This document shows positions 7,926-16,921 of a stretch of DNA of 64,000 nt, piece by piece (within the stretch, counting starts at the first letter, position 1; the number at the start of each line of letters is the position of its first letter). Made by a program: the position numbers and the translations under genes. The DNA comes from Parvicellaceae bacterium. Its GTDB lineage: Bacteria; Bacteroidota; Bacteroidia; Flavobacteriales_D; JAUILH01. The stretch is from positions 2,102,552 to 2,166,551 of the forward strand of contig OZ246010.1 in the NCBI GenBank assembly GCA_965230535.1, given 5' to 3'. The notes under the pieces were generated by a model. That model was not told the origin of the DNA. It was given only the letters and a program-made list of their open reading frames with translations, and made no database searches.

Positions 7926-10488
7926 ACTTCTGAACCACACCAGAGACATTGAAGATTTCGAAATAGAGAACATAGGCTCCAATCGGTGCTTTTTCCCTGT
8001 TGTCCGTTATCCCGTCCCATGAAAATGTACCGGAAGTACCAAGCAATTCGTTGTCAATCAGTCTTCTTACCAATCGTCCGTGACTATCAAACACCATCAC
8101 CGTTGCAACATAGCCTGCATCATCAAAAGCGTAATTAATATTCAGCACGTCTTCATAACCATCATTATCCGGTGAGAAAAGATCCGGTTCCAGAGTCACA
8201 TCATCGGCCATTGAACCACTTGTGGTTTGAATCTGGGAGTTTTCGTATCCAGGTGTGGCATAACCGACCGCCTCAGCTGCAGAGTGCCAGTTATCGGGAT
8301 CGTTACTTGCTCTGCCGTATTCCAAACGTTCCAGCGACACACCGTCCACATCATTCAACAATGGGAAGTGCATGTCTTCATCGTAAGCAAACCTGTCCAT
8401 AACAGATGTATCGCTTTGCAGCAAATAAACCGTACCGGAGTCGTTGTTATACGACGGCATGCTCGCCATATTCAGATAAACACCAGAAGCACTTAAAGGA
8501 TATGATGTTTTAACTGCTGACGAATCCTTGGTCAATACCAAAAAGTCGCCCGGATCTAAAATAGCTGAAGCCAGTTCTATTTCCTTGAGATTGGCTATGC
8601 TATCCGACCAGTTTGCCAAATACCACCCTTCAAGAGAAATGACTTTATCTGAGTTATTGTAGAGCTCAACAAAATCCTGCCCTCCGGTGCTTGGGTTAAA
8701 CAATACTTCATTAATGATGATGTCTCCTTGTGAGGCCAATTCCGGAACCACGAAAGGCAATGTGGTAGCCGACATGCTATTTCCGGAACAATCTGATAAT
8801 CCTGCTATATCTATGGTAAAAGCATCTCCCGGTGTTAAGGGTGTGCTTGTCTGTACCCAAAGACACGCTGGGTTTTGTGAATCCAAAGATTCTAAAAATC
8901 CAAGTCCATTGCTAAATACCAAAGACAAACTGCCAAGTGCGGTGGCATCCAAGGCTTCCGAGAACTCAATTTTTAGTGAATCTGAACTGTGAATGTAGTG
9001 GTTGACAATTGCCGGAGCACTCACATCAGGATTAAAATCTGCCTGAGAATTTTGAGCACCAGGTGTTCCTCCGGAGGCATCAAATGAGCCTATCCAGTTA
9101 CTAGGGTCTGCACACGGAATCGTTGGGTTGATTAGTTCCAGACTGTAACCTCCGTCTTCCTTAACACCATCTCTATACCAACTATCGTCATAAGATACGG
9201 CATCTATCACATTGGTTAGCTGATCCAACAATTCTAAGTCGTCCCCTGCATTATTCAATGAAGGGAATCCACTTAAACCAAGTACATCTCCAAATGGCTG
9301 GAACAAGGTTGTGTCAACAGCGTTACACAAAATCAAATAAGCATTCGGTGCCAAGGTGTGTGTAGGCATTGTCGCAGTTCCCGTACCGTCTGTAATTTGC
9401 CAACCATTCAGATCAAAATAATCTGAAGTGTTGTTATAAATCTCAATAAATTCTTTGTCTGGCAGACCTACCTGAGGAGATGGGTCGGCAAAAATCTCGT
9501 TGATCAAAACATCTCTGGAGCCTGGGGTGGCAAATACCAAATAGGTGAAATTGTCGGAAGATAAAGACATGGCATTTCCTGACAAATCTTCAACATTATT
9601 GGTCTCAAGCGTATAAGTTGTCCCACTTACAAATGCTGAGGAGAAATTCAGATGTACCAAAGCCAGGTTTGAACCATCTCTGGTCGCAGTAGCGGGCATT
9701 CCAAAACCAGTAATATTATAGTTTCCTACTGTTTCGGCGGTTACCTGATCAACGGGCTCGTCAAAATAGACATCCAGATCGTTAGCAGAGGTCGCCACAA
9801 GTGATGACACAGAAGGAGGTGTCAGATCCAAAATATAATCCCCACTGTAAAAAGTGTCGAAATAGAAATCCGTTGAATTACTCACCGTATAGTTGCAAAC
9901 CACACCAATAAAGGCTGAACTATTGTGGGTAGTATTGTTTCCGGTAGCATCCAGTGTGTAGTTGGTTCCAGCCGAATAATCAACCCACAACTCCCAATCT
10001 CCAAGATGATTTCTCAAGATTTTTACTGAGACATCAAACGAACTGGCAATGGCTCCAACAGTTCCACTACAAACAAGCGTGCTACTAACTCCCGTTTGCT
10101 CATAAATGCTAATTGCATCACCAGAACCGGCTTCTCCAAACAGTACATAATATCCATTGAGAGAACCTGTTAAATTGGCTTGATCTGACGCCAGATAAAC
10201 ACGACCATTATTACTTCCCGAAGGACTAAAACTTTGTCTGATATAGAACTGCCACTCAACACTATCCAGATTTGTGAGTGTATTTGGCGCTGAAAGGTAA
10301 GATGTACTGGCCACACCGGAATTGTCGAGTTGAAGCTGAGTTGAAGCATTCACCTGAAATTCGGCTGCATCACCACTCCAAACATTGCCGTTGGTAAAAT
10401 CTCCATCAGAAAAGTCTTCTACGAATTGTGCAGATGCTGTTAAAAAGCATACAAAAACCAAACAAGTTGTGAGCAGATAATAAGCCAT
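7891..10488 (-). CDS. secreted adhesin-like protein with two lamin-tail domains and a T9SS type B (CHU_C/gliding-associated) C-terminal domain
   Basis: Signal peptide MAYYLLTTCLVFVCFLTASAQ. LTD motifs DVLINEIFADP...EFIEIYNN...LNGWQITDG and DIIINEVLFNP...DFVELYNN...LEGWYL. C-terminus LFSPDNDGYEDVL...SWDGITDN...KKPCVV matches the type B sorting domain. Confidence 0.8.
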   Translation of the reverse strand: MAYYLLTTCLVFVCFLTASAQFVEDFSDGDFTNGNVWSGDAAEFQVNASTQLQLDNSGVASTSYLSAPNTLTNLDSVEWQFYIRQSFSPSGSNNGRVYLASDQANLTGSLNGYYVLFGEAGSGDAISIYEQTGVSSTLVCSGTVGAIASSFDVSVKILRNHLGDWELWVDYSAGTNYTLDATGNNTTHNSSAFIGVVCNYTVSNSTDFYFDTFYSGDYILDLTPPSVSSLVATSANDLDVYFDEPVDQVTAETVGNYNITGFGMPATATRDGSNLALVHLNFSSAFVSGTTYTLETNNVEDLSGNAMSLSSDNFTYLVFATPGSRDVLINEIFADPSPQVGLPDKEFIEIYNNTSDYFDLNGWQITDGTGTATMPTHTLAPNAYLILCNAVDTTLFQPFGDVLGLSGFPSLNNAGDDLELLDQLTNVIDAVSYDDSWYRDGVKEDGGYSLELINPTIPCADPSNWIGSFDASGGTPGAQNSQADFNPDVSAPAIVNHYIHSSDSLKIEFSEALDATALGSLSLVFSNGLGFLESLDSQNPACLWVQTSTPLTPGDAFTIDIAGLSDCSGNSMSATTLPFVVPELASQGDIIINEVLFNPSTGGQDFVELYNNSDKVISLEGWYLANWSDSIANLKEIELASAILDPGDFLVLTKDSSAVKTSYPLSASGVYLNMASMPSYNNDSGTVYLLQSDTSVMDRFAYDEDMHFPLLNDVDGVSLERLEYGRASNDPDNWHSAAEAVGYATPGYENSQIQTTSGSMADDVTLEPDLFSPDNDGYEDVLNINYAFDDAGYVATVMVFDSHGRLVRRLIDNELLGTSGTFSWDGITDNREKAPIGAYVLYFEIFNVSGVVQKFKKPCVVAGKL

Positions 10489-10533
10489 GTGTGTAAATCA
10501 ATCAAATTGACCAATAGGTGCTCGTAAATATAC

Positions 10534-10541
10534 TACATTTG
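10534..10541 (+). promoter_or_regulatory. candidate Bacteroidota -7 promoter element (TAnnTTTG) for asd
   Basis: TACATTTG lies 57 nt upstream of the asd ATG. Confidence 0.25.
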
Positions 10542-10597
10542 AAGCATAATCCTGACTACAAAGCAGGAAGAAAGCATTTAATTAAAGTAGATTTGAT

Positions 10598-11599
10598 ATG
10601 AAAGTAGCAGTTGTTGGTGCCACCGGAATGGTAGGACATGTGATGCTAAAAGTTCTTGCCGAAAGAAATTTCCCAATCACCGAGTTATTATTGGTCGCTT
10701 CAAAAAGAAGTTCCGGAAAAACAATGTCCTGGGGTGGTCAGGATCACACGGTTATAGATTTAGATACGGCATTAGACAAACGACCTGATATTGCCATTTT
10801 TTCTGCTGGTGGCGGAACGAGTAAAGAATGGGCTCCCAAGTTTGCAGAAGTAGGTACCACTGTAGTAGACAACTCGTCTGCATGGCGCATGGATGCCGAT
10901 AAGAAACTGGTTGTTCCGGAAATTAATGCCGGACTATTATCGCCAGAGGATAAGATCATTGCCAATCCTAATTGTTCAACAATTCAAATGGTATTGGCTT
11001 TGGCTCCGTTGCACAAAAAGTACGGCATTAAGCGTCTTGTAATCTCAACATATCAATCTGTAACGGGAACTGGTGTAGCAGCTGTTGAGCAAATGAATAA
11101 TGAACGTGAAGGCGTGAAAGGAGAGATGGTTTATCCATATCCTATTGACAAAAACTGCTTGCCTCATGGTGGTGATTTCTGTGAAAACGGATACACTACC
11201 GAAGAAATGAAATTGGTAGATGAAACCAGAAAAATTCTGGGTGATGAGTCCATCGCTATTACTGCGACAGTGGTTAGAGTTCCTGTTATTGGCGGTCATT
11301 CAGAGGCCATCAACGTGGAGTTTGAAAAAGACTTTGATGTAAATGAAGTACGATCTTTACTGGCTCAAACGGAAGGAGTAACAGTTCAGGATAACCCTGA
11401 TGTAAATACCTACCCTATGCCTTTATATGCTCACGACAAGGATGATGTGTTTGTCGGAAGAATCCGTAGAGATCGTTCTGTGCCGTTTGGAATGGATATG
11501 TGGGTAGTTTCTGATAACCTAAGAAAGGGAGCTGCTACTAATGCGGTACAAATAGCAGAATATCTTGTAAAACATGAATTGGTTGGGGCTACTGTATAG
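10598..11599 (+). CDS. asd: aspartate-semialdehyde dehydrogenase
   Basis: MKVAVVGATGMVG (NAD-binding), ANPNCSTIQMV (active-site Cys) and the SVTGTG motif. 333 aa. Confidence 0.9.
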   Translation: MKVAVVGATGMVGHVMLKVLAERNFPITELLLVASKRSSGKTMSWGGQDHTVIDLDTALDKRPDIAIFSAGGGTSKEWAPKFAEVGTTVVDNSSAWRMDADKKLVVPEINAGLLSPEDKIIANPNCSTIQMVLALAPLHKKYGIKRLVISTYQSVTGTGVAAVEQMNNEREGVKGEMVYPYPIDKNCLPHGGDFCENGYTTEEMKLVDETRKILGDESIAITATVVRVPVIGGHSEAINVEFEKDFDVNEVRSLLAQTEGVTVQDNPDVNTYPMPLYAHDKDDVFVGRIRRDRSVPFGMDMWVVSDNLRKGAATNAVQIAEYLVKHELVGATV

Positions 11600-11621
11600 T
11601 CTCTGAAAATATTGGACAAAC

Positions 11622-11653
11622 AAAAAGGGAGGTTATGATGACCTCCCTTTTTT
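11622..11653. terminator. bidirectional rho-independent terminator
   Basis: GGGAGGT(11627-11633)/ACCTCCC(11641-11647) stem, with an A-run upstream and TTTTTT downstream. Confidence 0.65.
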
Positions 11654-11671
11654 AATTTCTTTAAAGAACGT

Positions 11672-12190
11672 TTATTTCATTTTAAAGCTCTGAGCCACTT
11701 TCAACAATTCTCTGGCTCGCTCTTCTGTTGGCGCGTCTGAGAACATATCCTCTCCACTACATTGAAACAGTAAGAACTTTCCATCTGGTCCGTCAGTAAC
11801 CAATAAAAAGTTATATCCAACATCTTCTCCTTCCTCACCAATTCTATCTCTTGTTCCTTTTGTAACAGCCCAGTTATCTCCCTGCTCAATCAATTCATAA
11901 ACAGTGAAAGACTTAGAGTCCATCAATTTATTAAGGTGTGTTTCAAAGCCTTCTTCTTCAACATTAACATATAGACTTGTTTTGTCTTTGAAGTCAATGA
12001 CCCAGCCATCATTTCCATTGCTGCTGTATGGCATGTCTCTTTCAACGTCACCATCTGAAATGTTGAATGTTCCTGAGAATTCTTCGGCTTTAATTTCGAA
12101 TCCTGAGCTTTCCTTTTCGGAATCGGAATCACCGCAAGCGGTTAGTAAGGCTCCCAGTAAAAAGAAGCCAAGTAGTTTAGTTATTTTCAT
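11672..12190 (-). CDS. hypothetical lipoprotein
   Basis: Lipobox LLTAC|G after the signal peptide. The mature region is acidic. Overlaps the lspA stop by 14 nt. Confidence 0.55.
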   Translation of the reverse strand: MKITKLLGFFLLGALLTACGDSDSEKESSGFEIKAEEFSGTFNISDGDVERDMPYSSNGNDGWVIDFKDKTSLYVNVEEEGFETHLNKLMDSKSFTVYELIEQGDNWAVTKGTRDRIGEEGEDVGYNFLLVTDGPDGKFLLFQCSGEDMFSDAPTEERARELLKVAQSFKMK

Positions 12191-12758
12191 CTTCTGTAGT
12201 TTGGGTTTGGTTTTCCTGATTGGTGTTCGGTTCTGTAACCGGATCTTCCGATTTTTTGAACCAGGAACGTACGTTCCAGTTAAATGTAGTTTCTTCCGGG
12301 AAAAAAGTTCTGCTCCTTAGTATAATAATGATCACACCTATTGTAATGGCTGAATCTGCCACGTTGAAGACAAACGGGAACACTTCTTCTCCACCCCAGC
12401 TTGGCACCCAGTCTGGCCACTTAACCTTGAAATGCATCATGTCTACTACCCTACCGTAGAAAACATCAGCATATCCTTCCCCTAAGGGCACGATTTCGGC
12501 TACTTCTGAGTTTCTGCAATATTCCTGAGTATGATCTGCACTGCAGCTTTTGTTAAACATCAGGCCATAAAACACACTGTCCAGAATGTTCCCCAATGCA
12601 CCTGCAAATACAAGTGAAACACTAAATAAAAGTCCCTTGTGGCGTTTTTTTCGAACGAGATCGTAGAGGTAATAACCAATCAGGCCAATTGCGACCACGC
12701 GGAATAAGCTGAGGGCCAATTTACCCCAGGACCCGCCAAGTTCGGTACCAAAAGCCAT
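12177..12758 (-). CDS. lspA: lipoprotein signal peptidase II (ATG-supported part; conserved N-terminus continues upstream without a canonical start)
   Basis: NNGMAFG (matches NxGAAF), LGNILDSVFYG, FNVADSAITIGVIII. The in-frame upstream sequence KKNRWIIVAVSILAVLIIDQWLK is the typical LspA N-terminus but contains no ATG/GTG/TTG (see findings). Confidence 0.8.
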   Translation of the reverse strand: MAFGTELGGSWGKLALSLFRVVAIGLIGYYLYDLVRKKRHKGLLFSVSLVFAGALGNILDSVFYGLMFNKSCSADHTQEYCRNSEVAEIVPLGEGYADVFYGRVVDMMHFKVKWPDWVPSWGGEEVFPFVFNVADSAITIGVIIIILRSRTFFPEETTFNWNVRSWFKKSEDPVTEPNTNQENQTQTTEDENN

Positions 12759-12919
12759 CCCGTTATTTTCTATGAAGTTGATATGGAAAAACCCTATATC
12801 GAAGGTTTCCTCTTCATATGCCAGATGGGTTTTGACCCAAATTTTGAGCCATTGATCAATGATCAGGACGGCCAGAATACTAACCGCAACAATGATCCAC
12901 CTATTTTTCTTATCTGGTT

Positions 12920-13336
12920 CTACGACTGCGCGTTTTTAGCTTCAATACTTAGAGTTGCATGTGGAACCAATCTTAATCTTTCTTTTCTGATTAGTTTACC
13001 AGTTCCTCTGCAGATCCCGTAAGTTTTGTTTTGGATACGGATCAAAGCATTTTCCAGGTTGCGAATGAACTTTTCCTGACGAGCCGCCAATTGAGCCATT
13101 TCTTCTCTGGACAGAGTTTCGGAACCATCTTCCATCATATTGAAGGATCTTCCCGTATCATCAGTCCCATGGTCGTCTTTATGAGACAAGGAGCCTTTAA
13201 GCAACTCAAGATCTTGTCTTGCTTCTTTTAGTTTGTTGTTGATGATCTCCTTGAATTCTTCTAATTCCTGATCACTATATCTAGACTTTTCTTTATCTGG
13301 CATAACCGAACTATTAATTATGTTTTTCCAAAGCAA
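12920..13336 (-). CDS. DksA/TraR family C4-type zinc-finger protein
   Basis: 138 aa. C-terminal YGICRGTGKLIRKERLRLVPHATLSIEAK is typical of the Bacteroidota TraR/DksA family. It sits between ileS and lspA, as conserved in the phylum. Confidence 0.75.
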   Translation of the reverse strand: MLWKNIINSSVMPDKEKSRYSDQELEEFKEIINNKLKEARQDLELLKGSLSHKDDHGTDDTGRSFNMMEDGSETLSREEMAQLAARQEKFIRNLENALIRIQNKTYGICRGTGKLIRKERLRLVPHATLSIEAKNAQS

Positions 13337-16300
13337 TTTCTGTGGTTAGGTCATCTATTGTAATGGTTTCACCACCTTCAACATGGTCTGTAAGTTGAAG
13401 AGAATTTGCCAGGGTCTCTGAACAAATATAATTTAAATTATTATTGATTGCTTCATTAATTCTTTCATCAGATTTAATCTGCAAGTTTATCTTATCTGTT
13501 AACTCCAATCCTTTGTCTTTTCTGATGTTTTGGATACGATTGACAAATTCTCTGGCCAAGCCTTCCTGAACCAATTTTGGTGACAGTGTAATATCCAGAG
13601 CAATGGTTAAACTGCCTTCTGACTGCACTAACCATCCCGGAATATCTTCAGTTTGAATATTAAAGTCTTCCAGGGTCAATTCTATATCAGCACCATCAAT
13701 CTGGCCTTTCCAGCCTTCATTCTGCTCAACCAACGCAATTTCTTCTTTGCCCCAGGCACTAATTTCTTTTGCAATGGATTTCATGTACTGACCATATTTA
13801 GGTCCAATGGTTTTGAAGTTTGGCTTGATGTTTTTAACCAAAATATCACCCACATCAGTCAATAATTCAAGTTCCTTCACATTGACCTCAGATAAAATCA
13901 AATCTTCCACAGCCTTTACCTGCTTTGCAAATTGATCGTTGTGAACCGGGATCATCACCTTTTGAAGCGGCTGTCTTACTTTTAGTTTTTCCTTCTTTCT
14001 AAGGCTTAGAACCATTGAAGACGCCTTTTGAGCAATGGACATACGCTCTTCCAAATCACGGTCAATTCGATCTTCCTGAACTTTCGGGAAATTAGCCAAA
14101 TGAACAGACTCCAGGTCAGATCTGCCCGTGGTACTGTTAAGGTCCAGGAACAATCTATCGGAATAAAATGGTGCGATAGGCGCCATAATTATTGATACGG
14201 TCTCGAGACAGTTATACAAAGTTTGGTAAGCCGCTATCTTATCTGAAGAATAGTCTCCTTTCCAAAAACGCCTTCTACACAAACGTACGTACCAATTACT
14301 TAGATGGTCCGTCACAAATTCCTGAATTAAACGACCCGCCTTTGTCGGTTCAAAAGCTTCATAGGCTTCATCAACTGCTTTGACCAATGAATTAAGTTTA
14401 GACAATATCCAACGGTCAATTTCAGGTCTTTCACTATAAGGCACTTCTTCTTCGGCATATGTAAATCCATCTACATTGGAATACAAAGCAAAAAAGCCAT
14501 AAGTGTTATAAAGTGTTCCAAAGAATTTTCTCTGAACTTCTCCAATCCCTTCCAGATCAAATTTGAGATTATCCCAGGGCTGAGCATTGGTAATCATGTA
14601 CCATCTTGTAGCATCTGCCCCATACTTTTCGAGCGTCTCAAAAGGATCTACAGCATTGCCAAGTCTCTTAGACATTTTCTGACCATTTTTGTCCAGAACA
14701 AGTCCGTTAGATACTACATTCTTATAAGCCACACTGTCGAAACAGATGCCTGCAATGGCATGAAGTGTATAAAACCATCCACGTGTCTGGTCCACACCCT
14801 CTGCTATGAAATCAGCCGGATAAGCCGCTCCATTATCAATCAACTCTTTATTCTCAAATGGGTAGTGCCACTGAGCGTATGGCATTGACCCTGAATCGAA
14901 CCAAACATCTATCAGGTCAGATTCGCGATACATCTTCTCACCGCTTGAAGACACCAAAACAATCTTATCTACATAGTTTTTATGTAAATCAAAGGTGTTA
15001 TAGTTGTCTTCAGACATATCATTGACATCAAAATCCTGCAAAGGATTTTCCGTCATAAAACCAGCTTCAACAGATTTCTCACAGGCAGCTTTCAATTCTG
15101 CAACAGATCCAATGCAAACGGTTTCATCTCCTTTTTCTGTTCTCCAAAGTGGCAATGGAATTCCCCAGAATCTTGAACGAGACAAGTTCCAGTCGTTGGC
15201 ATTTTCAAGCCAGTTGCCAAAACGTCCTTCTCCGGTGGCTTTTGGTTTCCAATTGATGGTATTATTAAGTTCAACCAAACGAGATTTTGCATCTGTTATT
15301 TTAATGAACCAAGAATCAAGAGGATAGTATAAAACTGGTTTATCTGTTCTCCAACAATGCGGATAGCTATGCTCGTACTTCTCTACTTTAAATGCTTTGT
15401 TTTCTTCCTTTAATTTGATGGCAATCTCAACATCCACAGATTTATCCGGTGCATTCTCCTTGTAGTATTCGTTCTTCACATACTTTCCACCGAGATCGCC
15501 CATCTGTGAAACAAATCTTCCCTGTAAATCAACCAATGGCACTTGGTTTCCGTTGTCATCCAGCACCAGCATTGGAGGCACACCTGCTTCCTGAGCCACT
15601 TTGGCATCATCCGCACCAAATGTTGGTGCGATATGTACGATACCTGTCCCATCTTCTGTTGTCACAAAATCACCAGGAATCACCTTAAATGCATTCTCCG
15701 GATTTTCGCAAGGCAAACAATAAGGCAATAATTGCTCATAATCCAACCCTACTAAATCTGCTCCCTTGAACTGCTTCAAAACAACAAACGGTATTTTTTT
15801 TGAATCTGTGCTATAGTCATTCAAACCAAATTCGTCAGAGGCTGCTACATACTTTCCTGAAAACTGCTTGTTCAACAAGTTCTCTGCCAGAACTACCTTC
15901 ATCTTTTCTCCCGTGTACTGATTGAAACTTTCAACCAAAACATAGTTAATCTTTGGTCCAACAGCCAAAGCCGTATTAGATGGCAAAGTCCAGGGAGTGG
16001 TCGTCCAGGCTAAAAAATGAATCGTTTCCTCTCCGAAAAGAGTGGTTTTCTTGTCAGAATCCTTCAGTTTAAACTGTGCCACAACAGTGGTGTCTTTCAC
16101 GTCCTGATAGGTTCCTGGCATATTTAATTCATGAGAACTTAGACCTGTTCCGGCTGCCGGAGAATATGGTTGAATTGTATAGCCTTTGTACAATAAATTT
16201 TTGTTGTAAATCTGTTTCAGTAACCACCATACAGATTCCATATACTTGTTTGTATAAGTCACATACGGGTCATCCAGATCCACCCAATAACCCATTTTAT

Positions 16301-16712
16301 TGGTCAAATCGTTCCAGATATCAGTGTATTTCATCACCGCTTCACGGCATGCCTGATTATAATTTTCGACAGAAATTGTACTCCCAATATCCTCTTTTGT
16401 AATGCCTAATGCCTTCTCAACGCCTAATTCTACAGGCAATCCATGAGTATCCCAACCTGCTTTTCTATGAACCTTATAGCCTTTTAGGGTCTTGTAGCGA
16501 CAAAAAATATCTTTAATGGCTCTTCCCATAACATGGTGAATACCAGGGAGTCCGTTGGCAGAGGGTGGTCCTTCATAAAAAACGTAAGATTCTGCGTCAG
16601 CTCTTGTACTCAAACTCTTTTCAAAGATTTTGCGTTCCTGCCATCTTTGAAGAACTTCAGTGGCTACATTACTTAGATTGAGCCTTTGGTATTCGGGATA
16701 TTTTTGATTCAT
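13314..16712 (-). CDS. ileS: isoleucine--tRNA ligase
   Basis: 1132 aa. HIGH-region PPSANGLPGIHHVMG, KMSKRLGN (KMSKS), a large editing domain. This is the long, eukaryote/Bacteroidota-type IleRS. Confidence 0.95.
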   Translation of the reverse strand: MNQKYPEYQRLNLSNVATEVLQRWQERKIFEKSLSTRADAESYVFYEGPPSANGLPGIHHVMGRAIKDIFCRYKTLKGYKVHRKAGWDTHGLPVELGVEKALGITKEDIGSTISVENYNQACREAVMKYTDIWNDLTNKMGYWVDLDDPYVTYTNKYMESVWWLLKQIYNKNLLYKGYTIQPYSPAAGTGLSSHELNMPGTYQDVKDTTVVAQFKLKDSDKKTTLFGEETIHFLAWTTTPWTLPSNTALAVGPKINYVLVESFNQYTGEKMKVVLAENLLNKQFSGKYVAASDEFGLNDYSTDSKKIPFVVLKQFKGADLVGLDYEQLLPYCLPCENPENAFKVIPGDFVTTEDGTGIVHIAPTFGADDAKVAQEAGVPPMLVLDDNGNQVPLVDLQGRFVSQMGDLGGKYVKNEYYKENAPDKSVDVEIAIKLKEENKAFKVEKYEHSYPHCWRTDKPVLYYPLDSWFIKITDAKSRLVELNNTINWKPKATGEGRFGNWLENANDWNLSRSRFWGIPLPLWRTEKGDETVCIGSVAELKAACEKSVEAGFMTENPLQDFDVNDMSEDNYNTFDLHKNYVDKIVLVSSSGEKMYRESDLIDVWFDSGSMPYAQWHYPFENKELIDNGAAYPADFIAEGVDQTRGWFYTLHAIAGICFDSVAYKNVVSNGLVLDKNGQKMSKRLGNAVDPFETLEKYGADATRWYMITNAQPWDNLKFDLEGIGEVQRKFFGTLYNTYGFFALYSNVDGFTYAEEEVPYSERPEIDRWILSKLNSLVKAVDEAYEAFEPTKAGRLIQEFVTDHLSNWYVRLCRRRFWKGDYSSDKIAAYQTLYNCLETVSIIMAPIAPFYSDRLFLDLNSTTGRSDLESVHLANFPKVQEDRIDRDLEERMSIAQKASSMVLSLRKKEKLKVRQPLQKVMIPVHNDQFAKQVKAVEDLILSEVNVKELELLTDVGDILVKNIKPNFKTIGPKYGQYMKSIAKEISAWGKEEIALVEQNEGWKGQIDGADIELTLEDFNIQTEDIPGWLVQSEGSLTIALDITLSPKLVQEGLAREFVNRIQNIRKDKGLELTDKINLQIKSDERINEAINNNLNYICSETLANSLQLTDHVEGGETITIDDLTTEIALEKHN

Positions 16713-16868
16713 TCTTACTTATTATATAAAGAGGACTGCGAATTTAGAAAAATCAACTTTAAAAATTGGGTGCTGAAATTAAATTTTAAACCCTTGTTAA
16801 AGCCGCTAAAATATTAAGTATTTCACTAAATTGTTGGTATCCTGTTAAATTCTTGTTGATACACGAAT

Positions 16869-16899
16869 TTGCTTTCGTAGGTATTATGGCTTAATTTTG
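16869..16899 (+). promoter_or_regulatory. candidate Bacteroidota sigma-A promoter (-33 TTG / -7 TAATTTTG)
   Basis: TTG at 16869-16871 and TAATTTTG at 16892-16899, spaced 20 bp apart, lie 23 nt upstream of the ATG at 16922. Confidence 0.3.
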
Positions 16900-16921
16900 C
16901 ATTAAACTAAGCTTAAATTAT

